A program made the translations under genes and the position numbers. Positions 62,634 through 64,000 of a stretch of DNA of 64,000 bases are shown here, in pieces; position 1 is the stretch's first letter; each line of letters opens with the position of its first letter. Under the pieces are notes generated by a model, which was not told the origin of the DNA, ran no database searches, and saw only the letters and a list, made by a program, of their open reading frames with translations. This stretch comes from an uncultured bacterium. GTDB lineage: Bacteria; Verrucomicrobiota; Kiritimatiellia; RFP12; UBA1067. The stretch spans positions 147-64,146 of the forward strand of contig URIT01000004.1 of the NCBI GenBank assembly GCA_900547945.1. Direction: 5' to 3'.

Positions 62634-63266
62634 ATGTACATGAAAAAGAGATTGGCACTGTTCGCCGTGATTGGCCTCTGCGCGGGGATGTGCGCGGCGG
62701 AGGTCGTCACGTACCGAGATGCGCAGGGGCGCATTGTCCGCACGGTGACGACGGACCGGGACGGACGGACCTCGTTTCGCGACGGGCAGGGGCGGTTGCA
62801 GGGCACGGTCGTGTACGACGGGAAGGGCAAGACGACGTACCGCGACGGTTTGGGACGAACCCAGGGAACCGTTCAGGTCGAGCCGGGCGGCCGCACCGTC
62901 TATCGCGACGCCACTGGAGGACTGCAGGGCAGCGTGACCGTTGACCGCTCCGGCAAGGTCTCGTACCGGGACGGTTCGGGACGCCTGACGGGAACGGGGC
63001 AGACGGATGCCCACGGACGGACGACGTACCGCGATTCGCTCGGACGTCTTCAGGGGTCTGCGCAGCGGTACCCGGACGGACGAATCGTCTTTCGCGACGG
63101 GGGCGGGCGGATACAGGGGACGCAATCGACGGATCGTTCCGGCAAGACGACGTACCGCGATGCCTCCGGGCGCGTCCAGCGGACATCGACGACGGACCGA
63201 AACGGCCGGACGACCTATCGCGACGGGCAAGGCCGCCTGATCGGGACCGAGACGATCCGTAGGTGA
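62634..63266 (+). CDS. Small exported protein made of nine 21-aa YD/RHS-like repeats
   Basis: Signal peptide MKKRLALFAVIGLCAGMCAA, then 9x T-x-Y-R-D-x-x-G-R-L-Q-G-T-x-x-x-D-x-x-G-(R/K). High GC again. Confidence 0.7.
   Translation: MYMKKRLALFAVIGLCAGMCAAEVVTYRDAQGRIVRTVTTDRDGRTSFRDGQGRLQGTVVYDGKGKTTYRDGLGRTQGTVQVEPGGRTVYRDATGGLQGSVTVDRSGKVSYRDGSGRLTGTGQTDAHGRTTYRDSLGRLQGSAQRYPDGRIVFRDGGGRIQGTQSTDRSGKTTYRDASGRVQRTSTTDRNGRTTYRDGQGRLIGTETIRR
62703..63263 (+). repeat. Nine in-frame 63-nt tandem coding repeats
   Basis: Read from the translation: VVTYRDAQGRIVRTVTTDRDGR / TSFRDGQGRLQGTVVYDGKGK / TTYRDGLGRTQGTVQVEPGGR ... Confidence 0.85.
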
Positions 63267-63440
63267 AACGCCGCGTTGCCGCCTCTTTCCTGGAGGGATC
63301 GTCGTTCCGGAAAGGTACTGGATGGCTTGTCGGATTGGCGGAACTTCGGCCAATCTGAAGAAGATTTCGCTGTGTCTGCGGCCTTCGCGCGCGAAGTTCC
63401 CATGCCCCTATGGCAAGGGAGTCGGTGAAGTCGATAAATG

Positions 63441-63449
63441 TGATATAAT
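63441..63449 (+). promoter_or_regulatory. Extended -10 element TGATATAAT
   Basis: Perfect TATAAT with TGn, 232 nt upstream of ATG 63681, implying a long leader. Confidence 0.4.
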
Positions 63450-63680
63450 CCTCGGTGTTCAGTGAGAGGAAGTGGAGAACGTGTGAAGGCTGCCCCCATG
63501 GCACATATCGAGAAAAGGGCGTTCCCTCGTGAAGAGCCCCGTGTGAAGGCCCCTTTGGGGGAGCTTGACCTAACCTGCGCGCTCCCGCGCGCGATGGCCG
63601 AGCGTCCCGGCGGGGGCCGCCTTCTACGGGATCGACACTGATTTCACCGACACGAGACGGCAAAAGGAAAGGGACGCGAC

Positions 63681-64000
63681 ATGACCGAATCGATCGAGAC
63701 GACAAGATGCCGGACGCTGCGCCGGATGCGCAGCCTGTGCTGGGCGCTGCTTGCCCTGCCGCTCGCGGCGGGGGCTTCGCTGGCGGACGCGAACCTGGCG
63801 GACTTCCCTCGCCGTGCGGGCGAGACGGACGACGCGCCGCGCTTCCGCCGTGCGATCGACGCGGCCGCGAACGGCATTCTGGAGGTGCCGAGGGGCGAGT
63901 ACGCAATTGCCTCGCCGCTCGTCGTCACGAACCGCTGCTCGCTTGAGATGCATCCCGCCGCGCATCTTGTCGCGACGCGGGAGATGGACTTCCTCCTCAC
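63681..64000 (+). CDS. Partial CDS (5' end only): exported right-handed beta-helix / pectate-lyase-superfamily-like protein
   Basis: Not in the ORF track because it runs off the window. My translation is MTESIETTRCRTLRRMRSLCWALLALPLAAGASLA..AGETDDAPRFRRAIDAAANGILEVPRGEYAIASPLVV. The D-D-x-x-x-(F/I)-(Q/R)-x-A-(I/L)-D...G.(L/V).(V/I)P.G.Y motif is typical of Pectate_lyase_3-type N-termini. Confidence 0.5.
   Translation, partial: MTESIETTRCRTLRRMRSLCWALLALPLAAGASLADANLADFPRRAGETDDAPRFRRAIDAAANGILEVPRGEYAIASPLVVTNRCSLEMHPAAHLVATREMDFLL

Noticed and set aside
1-64000. tRNA, rRNA, tmRNA, RNase P or other housekeeping RNA genes; integrase/transposase genes
   Set aside because: I scanned the intergenic spacers by eye and found no cloverleaf-compatible segments with a GTTCRANYC T-loop. 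There are no rRNA-like conserved stretches, and no ORF has recombinase or DDE motifs. A tRNAscan/Infernal run would be needed to be certain.

Overview
This is a high-GC bacterial chromosome segment, and almost every real gene is on the + strand. The domain repertoire points to a glycan-degrading member of the PVC superphylum (Lentisphaerota/Kiritimatiellota/Verrucomicrobiota-like); this is inference only. The supporting domains are giant autotransporter-type beta-strand-repeat + LamG proteins, a PSCyt-like CxxCH protein, several SGNH esterases and several glycoside-hydrolase-like proteins. I saw no rRNA, tRNA or CRISPR array.

Layout:
- 0-12 kb, housekeeping: rubrerythrin, transketolase, Maf, and a complete polyamine cluster (speA-speE-speB plus carboxyspermidine dehydrogenase/decarboxylase).
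- 12-36 kb, exported glycan-active and LamG proteins. A GntR-HTH/LacI-sensor regulator lies here, and its likely 18-bp palindromic operator occurs twice.
- 36-50 kb, housekeeping: ABC ATPase, serine hydrolase, prmC, fusA, AI-2E permease and a DEAD-box helicase. A translationally coupled glycosidase-like / Ser-Thr kinase / ECF sigma / FGE-domain module follows.
- 50-62.6 kb, a visibly lower-GC accessory island. It holds a tripartite HipBST-like toxin-antitoxin and a DUF234 ATPase cassette flanked by a duplicated ~125-165-nt leader. It also holds a five-gene cluster: four exported proteins built from LPP20-like modules/TPRs, plus a cytoplasmic protein with 3x ~71-aa repeats and two PH-like domains.

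The five-gene cluster has no recognisable enzymology and is my best candidate for an undescribed system.

Smaller-scale signals:
- a family of GGGAGGG+hairpin REP-like elements at gene 3' ends
- AT-rich 7/8-mer microsatellite arrays
- a MITE-like inverted-repeat element
- homopolymer tracts placed at or near start codons of exported-protein genes
- many TGnTAnAAT extended -10 promoters, several of which predict leaderless mRNAs

All family assignments are by-eye motif recognition; no searches were run.
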